Assembly: GCA_963716255.1 (NCBI GenBank)
Contig: OY970303.1
Coordinates: 256,001 to 320,000 of the forward strand
From: an uncultured Gemmatimonadales bacterium
GTDB lineage: Bacteria > Gemmatimonadota > Gemmatimonadetes > Longimicrobiales > Longimicrobiaceae
DNA length: 64,000 nucleotides
Direction: 5' to 3'
Below, piece after piece: positions 30,662 to 40,153 of this stretch. The notes under the pieces were generated by a model. The model ran no database searches. It saw only the letters and a list, made by a program, of their open reading frames with translations, and was not told the origin of the DNA. Position 1 is the first letter of the stretch, and every line of letters starts with the position of its first letter. The position numbers were made by a program, and so were the translations under genes.

Positions 30662-31009
30662 ATGTCCTACATCTGCATCCCCCCGTCCGGCACGGGGCGG
30701 GATTGCTTCTTCGTTCCGGTCCACATCCGGAGGTGGAAAGACCTGTTCCCGCCGGAGCCTCCTTTCCTGCGGCTCCTCCAGCCCGTCCGCATCGCACTGA
30801 TCGAGATCCTCGTGGGCCCGCGTCCGCACCCGTGGCGCGAAGCCGGCGTACGGATCGCGCCCGAGGTGGAGCGTGACCTCGCCACGCTCTCGTCGATGCA
30901 CTCGCTCTCCGAAGACCTCAGCCTCGATCTCCGGGAGGCCGTGCGGGAAACCCTCCGGAGCGCGTTCCGGAGCATCCCCCTACCGGAGGGAGTGTCGGTA
31001 CAGCCCTGA
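30662..31009 (+). CDS. Hypothetical protein (115 aa)
   Basis: AAGGAG RBS; follows the previous gene in the same orientation. Confidence 0.75.
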   Translation: MSYICIPPSGTGRDCFFVPVHIRRWKDLFPPEPPFLRLLQPVRIALIEILVGPRPHPWREAGVRIAPEVERDLATLSSMHSLSEDLSLDLREAVRETLRSAFRSIPLPEGVSVQP

Positions 31010-31233
31010 AGGCTGGGCCACTCGTCTCGCGGCTTTCGCGGCTCTTCAACACACGAGCGGCCGTTCCCGGCGACTGGAACGGCCGCTCAACCGTTGGGAC
31101 GCGGAAGACGGCCTCGCGTCGGGAACGATGTGGCCGATGGAACCACCGTCCACATGGCGGCAAAACCTCCCACGATTATCTTGCTACCGGCACGGAGCAA
31201 GCCGTGCACCATTCCCCCAACGGAGGTGGCAAG

Positions 31234-31362
31234 ATGAAAGCTCGTATCCTGCTCGTACTTCTCTCCGCTTGTCTCGTTGGCGCGTGTTCCACCAGCGCCA
31301 CCCCGACCTCACCTCCGGATCCATCCAAGGAGAGCAGTCCGGTGATTGGATCCGGGCACTGA
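31234..31362 (+). CDS. Small lipoprotein-signal peptide precursor B (42 aa)
   Basis: GGAGGT RBS; MKARILLVLLSACLVGACSTSATPTSPPDPSKESSPVIGSGH*; convergent with TPR-B; below the ORF-track size cutoff. Confidence 0.8.
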   Translation: MKARILLVLLSACLVGACSTSATPTSPPDPSKESSPVIGSGH

Positions 31363-31405
31363 CGGTACCCTCGCCAGAGCGAACGGGACCGCGAGCGGTC
31401 GCGAA

Positions 31406-32677
31406 CTAGCCGACCTGAGCGATCGCCCGCGGTCCCCGAAGTACCTCGACGAACCGGGTAGCGAGACGGACGGAAGCCGTGGAGGCGACTCCACGGGGTC
31501 CCGCGATCTGTCCATCGCCCTGGAGTGCCGAGACCAGTGATCCGGCCTGCTCGGCCACCTTTTGCTGCTTCCGCTCGACTGCGAACTCCAATGCTTTTCG
31601 AGCGGCCCGCTCCGCGCGCTTGAGCTCGCCCATGTACGCCGCGCCATACGCAAGGTCGAGAAGCACGCCCGGCGCATTGGATTCCACGCTCTTTCCCCAG
31701 AGAAGTGTCCACGCCTCGGACCAGGCCTGCTCGAACACATAGGGAGCATCCGCTCCTCCGGCTGCACGAGCGACGTCCGCCAGCACGAGAAGGCGGAGAG
31801 GCAGAGAGGCGACCAGGGGCAGCACGGCACTGGCAACCGCGAGCGCTTCCCCGAAGCGCCCGGAGAGAGTCCAGTTGTACGCCACGTCCAGAGCCAGGTT
31901 GAGGAGCGCGGGGCTTGTCGCGGGATATGCGGAAAGTGCCGCCTCCGCGTACTCCTCCGCTTTGGAACCGTTGCCACACTCGATTTCGATCCCGAACAGG
32001 TTGTGCAGCGCCGCGCCCTCCATCTCGTGCAGCGAGTACCGCCGCGCCGCGCGTAGGCAGCGCTGGTGGTACAGCCGCGCCTTCGGAAAGCGGCCCTTCT
32101 GCACGTACAGGTTGCCGAGCCCCGCGTAGCCCTCGGCGTACGCCTGCCATTCCCGCGTGAGCCGCGCCAGGACGATGGCGTGCTCGAACCAGCTTTCCGC
32201 GCGCTCGTACTCCGCCCGCATTCGCGCGAGCCTCCCCACGGCCACCGCGAGCGACGCGTCCTCCGCGTCCGCGGCGGCGGCCGCCTGCGCGAAGGCCAGC
32301 GCCGTGGCGAGCTTTCCCCGCCCCTCCGCCCAGCGCGCCACCTCCCCGCACGCCTCCACCACCCGCGGCACGTCCACCACGCGCGGGTTTTCCAGCAGCC
32401 CCGCGAGCAGCGCCAGCGCCGCCCGCAGCTCGTCGTCCAGCTCCGCCGCTTCCAGCCGTCCCAGCCGCAGCGCCGCGGCGCCCGGCGCGAACAGCCGCAG
32501 CCGCGGCCCGGCCTGGCCCCACAGGTGAACGCTGCGGCACGTCTGCCAGAGGAGAAGCGCCGGCTCCTCGGGAAGCTCCTCCAGAACCTCCGAACCGGGG
32601 AGCATCCGGAGCTCGGCAGAGCGGGTGAGCGGCGGCGGGACCCGTCGGACGGTCCGCCCGGTGCGCTTGTGCGTCAT
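31406..32677 (-). CDS. TPR-repeat protein B
   Basis: 423 aa helical-repeat protein, paralog of 21263-22279; no signal peptide. Confidence 0.88.
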   Translation of the reverse strand: MTHKRTGRTVRRVPPPLTRSAELRMLPGSEVLEELPEEPALLLWQTCRSVHLWGQAGPRLRLFAPGAAALRLGRLEAAELDDELRAALALLAGLLENPRVVDVPRVVEACGEVARWAEGRGKLATALAFAQAAAAADAEDASLAVAVGRLARMRAEYERAESWFEHAIVLARLTREWQAYAEGYAGLGNLYVQKGRFPKARLYHQRCLRAARRYSLHEMEGAALHNLFGIEIECGNGSKAEEYAEAALSAYPATSPALLNLALDVAYNWTLSGRFGEALAVASAVLPLVASLPLRLLVLADVARAAGGADAPYVFEQAWSEAWTLLWGKSVESNAPGVLLDLAYGAAYMGELKRAERAARKALEFAVERKQQKVAEQAGSLVSALQGDGQIAGPRGVASTASVRLATRFVEVLRGPRAIAQVG

Positions 32678-32773
32678 GGCGAATGTGATGAAGAGATGCA
32701 GTTGAGACAGCCTTGAACATGATACCGGCGTCCGGGACGCCGGACAACCATTTTGTCCGGAAACATACTCCCG

Positions 32774-33106
32774 TCAGCGCCGGCTCCAGCGGATGCGCTC
32801 GTACGCCGCGCGCTCGTCCGGGAAGTCGAAGACCGGGTCGTCCAGCGCGTACGGGACGACCGAAACCTCCCAGAGCTGCGACGTGCGCAGGAGCCCGGTC
32901 CTCGCCCGGCCGAAGTACGCCACCGGGCCGGGCTCCCACTCCGCGGCCTGCCAGTTTACACGCACGCCCTGGAAGTCCGGATGGTCGCGGATCACCTCGA
33001 AGGCCGCGTCCGGGGTGGTGAAGATCCCCACCACCTCGCGCGGGGACCGCGCCCCGCCCGGGTACTGCATCTCCCTGCTCAGCAGCCAGAAAACTTCCTC
33101 CCGCAT
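32774..33106 (-). CDS. Hypothetical protein (110 aa)
   Basis: GGGGAGG RBS; MREEVFWLL..VVGIFTTPDAA; coding-like. Confidence 0.75.
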   Translation of the reverse strand: MREEVFWLLSREMQYPGGARSPREVVGIFTTPDAAFEVIRDHPDFQGVRVNWQAAEWEPGPVAYFGRARTGLLRTSQLWEVSVVPYALDDPVFDFPDERAAYERIRWSRR

Positions 33107-33363
33107 TGCCGCCTCCCCACTCGCCGTGACCGGTTTCGCCGTCGCCCGGGAAGATGCGACGCCGAAACTCGTGCCACGGCGGGAACCATGCGGATGAGGG
33201 GTGACGGGCGGGCCGCGGCCGGGGGGGGCGGGGACAGGCGCGGGGCGGGCGCGGCAAATACGTGACAGATCTACATTTACATTGCCGCGGCACCCCCCGC
33301 CGGAGTACCTTGCGGTGCGCACTTCCCATCCGGCGGCGCGCCCCCTCTGACGGGAGACCTGCC

Positions 33364-35319
33364 ATGAGCGCGCCCCTGCGCCCCACCTCGCTCTACTTCT
33401 CCGACCTCACCTCGTTCGCGGGGTGGACGCCCGGCGCCGATCCGATGGATCCTTTCCGGATCGCCCTGGTGCCGCTCCGGCCGCGCGGCGGCCAGCCGGC
33501 CGGTCTTCTGGTGCAGGCCTGCCACGACTACGAGGGCGGGTACGTGGTGAACGCCGACCTGTACCCGCAGGGCACCGACGACCCGGACACGTACAACTTC
33601 TCCTACTGGCAGTACCTGGACCAGTTCATCTACTTCAGCCACCACCGGTTGGGAATCCCCCCGTCGTGGTGGATGAACGCCGCGCACCAGAACGGCATCC
33701 CGGTCCTGGGGACCCTGATCTTCGAGAACGACGGCCAGCCGGACCTTGACCTGCTGGTGCACACGCCGGGGAAGGACGGGTCGCCGTACCTGTACGTCGA
33801 CCTGCTCGTCGGGGCGGCGGAATACTACGGCTTCGACGGCTGGCTCTGGAACGTGGAGACGTCGCTTCCCGGGAGCGTGTCGGTCGCGGAGTTCGAGGCC
33901 TTCGTCCTGGCGCTCACCCGCGCCATGCACGAGATGCTCCCCGGCTCGCTCGTCATCTGGTACGACTCGCTGACCGTGGAGGGCGGCGTCTCGTACCAGA
34001 ACGCGCTGAACGGGCAGAACAACCCCTTCTTCCTCGCCACCGACGGCATCCTCACCAACTACTGGTGGAACCCCGAGTACGGGGAGCCCGTGGCCTCGGC
34101 GCGGTACGCTGAGTCGGAAGGGCGGTCCCCCCGCCAGGTGTATTCCGGGATCGACGTGATCGCCCGGGGCACGTACTACGGGCCCGGGTTCGACATCTAC
34201 GAGCCGCTGAGCCAGTGCGTGAAGGCGGGCACCTCGGCCAGCCTGTTCGCCCCCGTGTGGTCGTTCTGGAAGACCACCAGCCACGCCCAGTTCGAGGAGC
34301 GGGACCGGCGGCTCTGGACGGGCGAGACGGCGGCGCACTGCCCGGGATCGAACGTGGACTGCGTGGCGCAGTACGTCCCGGAGCGCCCGGTGCCGGCCGG
34401 GCTCCCGCTGGCCACCAACTTCGACCAGGGGCAGGGGGAGCGCTTCTGGGTGGAAGGACGGACGGGCTCGCCTGCGGGGTGGAGCAACCTGAGCCTGCAG
34501 GGGCTGCTCCCCACCTGGCGCTTCTGCACGGTGGACGGGGCGGGGCCGTTCACGGCGGGGTGGGACCAGGCCGTGGCGTTCGACGGGGGAACGTCGCTGC
34601 GGATCTCGGCCCGGGGGGCCACCGGCCAGGAGCGGGCCGTGTACCGCCTCTTCGCGGCCCACGCGGTCCTCGACGAGCCTCTCGTCCTCACCTGGACCTG
34701 GCAGCCCCTGGACGCCCTGGCGCACCCGCAGATCGCCGTCGTGCTCGCGTTCTCGGACGGCACCTCGCGGGACTACCCGGCCGAATCCACCCGGCCCGTG
34801 GGGGACGGCTGGCGGAGCTCGGTCTGCACCGTCGGGGCGCTCCCGGCCGGGAAGACGCTTGCCAGGGTGGACGTCGTGATCGGCCCGTCCAACAACGGCG
34901 CGGTCCCGGAGGAGTACGGGGTGCGCATCGGGGCGCTCTCGGTGGCGCCGAAGTCGTGGGCGGCGCCGGTCTCCGTGCGGGACCTCGCCCCGCGGGACGC
35001 CACCTGGTCCGGCGGCGCGGTCACCCTGTACCTGCTGTGGAGCTACCCCGCCGGCGCCGCGCGCTACTACGACGTGTGGCAGGTGCACGGAGACGGCAGC
35101 GCCACCTGGCTGGTGCGCGCCGCCTGCAACGCCGCCTGGCTGGAGAGCGTCGCTCCGGGACCCTCCGACGGCGGGGTGGTGGCGCTCGCCGTGCAGCCGG
35201 TGGACTACGCGGGGATGCGCCAGCCGCTGAACGCGGCCGCCACCGCGCGGATCGCGCCGGGGGGCCCGGCGCTGATGGTGGCCGGCGGGCCCGCCGGGGC
35301 CACCGTGGCCGGGGCCTGA
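33364..35319 (+). CDS. GH85 endo-beta-N-acetylglucosaminidase
   Basis: CHDYEGGY, WQYLDQFIYFSHH, NAAHQNGIPVLGT, GFDGWLWNVE (NxE catalytic), IWYDS, TNYWW. Confidence 0.92.
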   Translation: MSAPLRPTSLYFSDLTSFAGWTPGADPMDPFRIALVPLRPRGGQPAGLLVQACHDYEGGYVVNADLYPQGTDDPDTYNFSYWQYLDQFIYFSHHRLGIPPSWWMNAAHQNGIPVLGTLIFENDGQPDLDLLVHTPGKDGSPYLYVDLLVGAAEYYGFDGWLWNVETSLPGSVSVAEFEAFVLALTRAMHEMLPGSLVIWYDSLTVEGGVSYQNALNGQNNPFFLATDGILTNYWWNPEYGEPVASARYAESEGRSPRQVYSGIDVIARGTYYGPGFDIYEPLSQCVKAGTSASLFAPVWSFWKTTSHAQFEERDRRLWTGETAAHCPGSNVDCVAQYVPERPVPAGLPLATNFDQGQGERFWVEGRTGSPAGWSNLSLQGLLPTWRFCTVDGAGPFTAGWDQAVAFDGGTSLRISARGATGQERAVYRLFAAHAVLDEPLVLTWTWQPLDALAHPQIAVVLAFSDGTSRDYPAESTRPVGDGWRSSVCTVGALPAGKTLARVDVVIGPSNNGAVPEEYGVRIGALSVAPKSWAAPVSVRDLAPRDATWSGGAVTLYLLWSYPAGAARYYDVWQVHGDGSATWLVRAACNAAWLESVAPGPSDGGVVALAVQPVDYAGMRQPLNAAATARIAPGGPALMVAGGPAGATVAGA

Positions 35320-35360
35320 CCGCCGTCCGGGAGGTGCGTGGGACCGGGCGCCCGCGCGCG

Positions 35361-35930
35361 TCACTCCCCCGCCAGCCCCAGCTCGGGCGCGATCCCCCGC
35401 ATGGCCTCGATCACGAACTGCGTGTGCTCCCCGAGGTCCTCGCCCAGCAGCCCCACCGCGTGCCGCACCTCCTCGCGGTCGACGCCGGCGGCGAACGCCC
35501 GGTCCTTGAACTTCTTGAGCACCGACTTGGCCTCCAGGTCCATGACGGAGCGGGAGGGCCGCACCAGGGCGGCGGCGGTCACCAGCCCGGTGATCTCGTC
35601 GCACGCCCACAGGGTGCGGTCCAGCAGCGTTTCCGGCTGCACGCCGGTGCGCGCGGCGTAGTGGGCCAGCACGGCGTGCACCAGCTCCTCGGGATAGCCG
35701 CGCTCGCGCAGGACCCGCGCGCCGCGCAGGGGGTGCTCGTCCGGGTGCTCCTCGTAGTCGAAGTCGTGGAGCAGCCCCGCGGCGCCGAACAGCTCCTCGT
35801 CTTCGCCGAAGCGGCGGGCATAGGCGCGGCAGGCCGCCTCCACCGAGTACATGTGGCGGCGGAGGGATTCGCTCCGGACGTGGTCGTGCATGAGCGCGAG
35901 GGACTCCTCGCGCGGCGGAAGGCTCGCCAT
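35361..35930 (-). CDS. HD-domain hydrolase (HDIG)
   Basis: LRRHMYSVEAA, GLLHDFDYE, ACDEITG, KKFKDRAFAAGV. Confidence 0.9.
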   Translation of the reverse strand: MASLPPREESLALMHDHVRSESLRRHMYSVEAACRAYARRFGEDEELFGAAGLLHDFDYEEHPDEHPLRGARVLRERGYPEELVHAVLAHYAARTGVQPETLLDRTLWACDEITGLVTAAALVRPSRSVMDLEAKSVLKKFKDRAFAAGVDREEVRHAVGLLGEDLGEHTQFVIEAMRGIAPELGLAGE

Positions 35931-36012
35931 GGTCTCGCGTGCGCTGGGCGTGGCGGTGCGTCCGGGGCCGCCCGGCCCCGGGGAGGGCGCGCAATCTACG
36001 CGGCGCCGGCGG

Positions 36013-37101
36013 CTACCGCACCTCGGGGGAGGGGGCCGCCACGCTGTCCGCCGCGGGCCGCCGCCGCGACGCCGAGTGCACCTCGCCGCCCACGTCGCGG
36101 TACCCGCGCAGCACCAGCCGCCCGCCCAGGCTCCGCCCCACCTCCGGCATCCGCAGGTACCAGCGCTCGATGATCCAGGCACCGGTGGGGAGCCTGCGGA
36201 ACTCCACGCGTCCGCCCACCCCGCGCCAGTCGTCCTCGCGGGGGAGGTTGCGGTAGCGGAACTCCAGGTGCCGCAGCTCGGCGCTGCGCGGGTCGATCCA
36301 CAGCGTCCCCGCCACGTCCGTGACCCGGCGCCCGCGCACCGGCTCGAAGGCGAGCCCCAGCAGCCCCCGCGTGGCGCCGCGGCCGCGCTCGGTGTGGAAG
36401 CAGTGCGTGTCCAGGAACCCGTCCGAGAGCAGCACCCGGGCGTCGGGGGCGTAGTACCAGGCGACGTCGCCCTCGACGTGGCGGTAGCCGGCGCGCGCCA
36501 GCTCCTCGGGGTCGAGGGTGACGAACGGGTTGAGGGTGGGGCCCTCGTAATTCCTGCGCTCCTCGGACACGACCTTGCGGCCGCGCCGGTCGAGGGTGCG
36601 CGCGAACTCGGTGGCGGCCACGTGCAGCGACTCGGCGTGCTCGGTCCACGCGGACACCGCCAGCGCCTTGCGCGCCTCCTCCCACAGCGCCGCCGCGGCC
36701 GCGTCGTCGTGGGCCCGCACGGCGCAGGTGGTGGCCCCGCCCACCACGATGGCCTCCAGCGCCACCGCCTGCCCGGTCACGGCCATGCGGTAGGGCAGCA
36801 CCGCGCCCTCCTCCAGCCGCAGCGGCGGCGACGCCGCGCTGGCGTAGCCGATGCGCTCGGCGCGCAGGGTGTACGTGCCGGGCCCGCCGGCGCGCAGCAC
36901 GAAGCCGCCCGCGCTGTCGCTGAGGGCGCGGGCCACGGGAGTCCCGGCGCCGTCCTGGAGGATCACGAAGGCGGCGGCGACGGGCCGCCCGCCGTCGTCC
37001 ACCACCTCGCCGCGCACCGCCTGGGCCCGGAGCGGGGCGGCGGAGGCCAGCAGGAGCGGGAGCGGGAGCGGGAGCGCGGCCGCGGCGAGCCGAAGTCTCA
37101 T
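36013..37101 (-). CDS. Secreted carboxypeptidase-regulatory-like domain protein
   Basis: Signal; VRGEVVD..GRPV, GTYTLRAERIGY; GTLWID..SAELR.LEFRY. Confidence 0.8.
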   Translation of the reverse strand: MRLRLAAAALPLPLPLLLASAAPLRAQAVRGEVVDDGGRPVAAAFVILQDGAGTPVARALSDSAGGFVLRAGGPGTYTLRAERIGYASAASPPLRLEEGAVLPYRMAVTGQAVALEAIVVGGATTCAVRAHDDAAAAALWEEARKALAVSAWTEHAESLHVAATEFARTLDRRGRKVVSEERRNYEGPTLNPFVTLDPEELARAGYRHVEGDVAWYYAPDARVLLSDGFLDTHCFHTERGRGATRGLLGLAFEPVRGRRVTDVAGTLWIDPRSAELRHLEFRYRNLPREDDWRGVGGRVEFRRLPTGAWIIERWYLRMPEVGRSLGGRLVLRGYRDVGGEVHSASRRRPAADSVAAPSPEVR

Positions 37102-37158
37102 GGGACGGCGAGGCTGGAGGAAGCGCCGAAGCCGGGTCGCGGACGCCGGCGCGAGCCC

Positions 37159-37288
37159 CGCGTGAGGGATTCCGGCCCGGAGGGGCGAGACCCGCGGGCA
37201 GTTTCGCGGGGCTCGACTCCGTTACGCACGGTTGTTTCGTGCGTTACGGAGCCGAAGCCCGACCCCGGCGCCAGCCGGGGGCACGCCC
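37159..37288 (-). repeat. ~130-bp structured repeat, copy 5 (ACGCACG)
   Basis: Match to family; 28 nt after the stop at 37317. Confidence 0.95.
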
Positions 37289-37316
37289 GGATCCGGCTGT
37301 TCGACCGGATCCGTCC

Positions 37317-38057
37317 TCAGTACGCGGAGATGGTCATGCGCAGCTGCTCGCGGAACGCGCGCGGGGCGCCGTCGATGGTGCCGGGCGTGAACTTCATCTG
37401 CATGGCGATGAACAGGTAGTAGTCGTCCACCGGCCTGGACCCGCTGGTCTCGCCGACGCCCGCCCACAGCACGGTGCCGGCGCGGTCCACCAGCAGGTCC
37501 ACGCTCCCCACCCGGGAGCCCTTCGTGCCCGCATCGCCCATGCCCTCGTAGCTGGATTCCATCTGGGCGGCCATCTGCAGGTAGCTGCGGACGACGGCCA
37601 GGTTGCGGACGTGGGGGAGGCAGAACCGGACGGGGTGGTCCGCGGGGAGCTCTCCGCCGCCGCCCAGGTCCACCCAGAAGAACATGCGCTCGCGCTGCGG
37701 GTGCGAGTCCAGGTACGCGTTTGCGACCCCGAGGAGCCGCTGCTGGGCGGGCGCGGGGAGGTTGCTCCCGAGCACCTGCACGCCGGGGTTCGCGCCGGCG
37801 CTGTCGGTCGTCAGCAGGAACACGCCGGCGGGCGGCTGCTGCACGGCGCTGCGCGCGACCACCCGCAGGACGGCGGCCATGGTGTCCAGCCCGGGCGCGT
37901 AGCTCGCGGTGCCGGGGAAGCTCCCCGCCGGGCGCTCGCCGCACACCGGCTCACGCGGGTAGCGCTGCTGGGCGGAGGCGGCGGCCGACGCGGCGGCGAG
38001 GAGGGCGAGAGCGAGAGCGAAGGAAGCGGCGGCGCGGGCGAGCGGGTTTCGGTGCAT
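37317..38057 (-). CDS. Secreted protein with TonB C-terminal-like domain
   Basis: Signal; GSVDLLVDRAGTV...TSGSRPVD...MKFTPGTIDG. Confidence 0.7.
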   Translation of the reverse strand: MHRNPLARAAASFALALALLAAASAAASAQQRYPREPVCGERPAGSFPGTASYAPGLDTMAAVLRVVARSAVQQPPAGVFLLTTDSAGANPGVQVLGSNLPAPAQQRLLGVANAYLDSHPQRERMFFWVDLGGGGELPADHPVRFCLPHVRNLAVVRSYLQMAAQMESSYEGMGDAGTKGSRVGSVDLLVDRAGTVLWAGVGETSGSRPVDDYYLFIAMQMKFTPGTIDGAPRAFREQLRMTISAY

Positions 38058-38174
38058 GGGAGCGGAAGGCGAAAAGGAAGCGGAGGGCACAGAATGGCGG
38101 TGCGGCGCGGGCGAATGCCTGCCGGGGTGCATAGATGCGTCAAGCGAGGTGAAATGGCAAGACGTGCGGGAACC

Positions 38175-38306
38175 CGCGTGAGGGATGCGCGCCCGGAGGG
38201 CCGAGACCCGCTAGCGGTTCCGTCGGGGCTCGGCTGCGTGGGGAACGGTGGTATCGTTCCCCACGCAGCGCGCAGCCCGACCCGAGCGCCAGCGAGGGGC
38301 ACGCCC
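38175..38306 (-). repeat. ~130-bp structured repeat, copy 6 (divergent subfamily)
   Basis: Same ends (CGCGTGAGGGAT...GGCACGCCC) and layout; central stem GCTGCGTGGGGAACG/CGTTCCCCACGCAGC; 20 nt after the asnS stop. Confidence 0.9.
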
Positions 38307-38326
38307 AACCCCGCAGTTCAAAGCCG

Positions 38327-39733
<1,407 letters not shown>

Positions 39734-39820
39734 GAATTCTCCGGACGATGCGTGAGCGGCCGGGCGTCCGCCCGGCCGATCTGTAGTTCTACGACATTCT
39801 ACAACGGCGCGCGGCCGGCG

Positions 39821-40153
39821 TCACCCCGGCGGCCAGCGCAGCTCCGCCAGGAGCCCGCCGTCGGCGTCGTAGCACTCGGCGTGGAAGGGAATCCCGGCTT
39901 CCCGCAGCGGCGCCATGGCCCGCCCGGCGTTGGCCACGACGTCCGCCACGGGTCCGTGCACCAGCACCGGCCCGCCCCCCTCCACCACCAGCTCGGCGAA
40001 GCCGCAGCGCGCCTCCCACTCCGTCCACCCGCTGGCCCGCACCGCCCACCCGGCCCGGCCGTACGCCCGGGCGACCGCCTCCGCGGTGGCGCCGCCGCGG
40101 GCGGCGGCGAACAGGTTGCTCCCGTCGGGGAGCTCCGGCCCCGGCGCGCCCAC
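39821..40153 (-). CDS. Hypothetical protein (110 aa)
   Basis: Abuts the GH43 stop; coding-like frame. Confidence 0.6.
   Translation of the reverse strand: MGAPGPELPDGSNLFAAARGGATAEAVARAYGRAGWAVRASGWTEWEARCGFAELVVEGGGPVLVHGPVADVVANAGRAMAPLREAGIPFHAECYDADGGLLAELRWPPG

Noticed and set aside
31188..31202. CGGCACGGAGCAAGC as a sigma54 promoter for peptide B
   Set aside because: Good -24 element but no TTGC at -12, and it coincides with a small hairpin; too weak to call.
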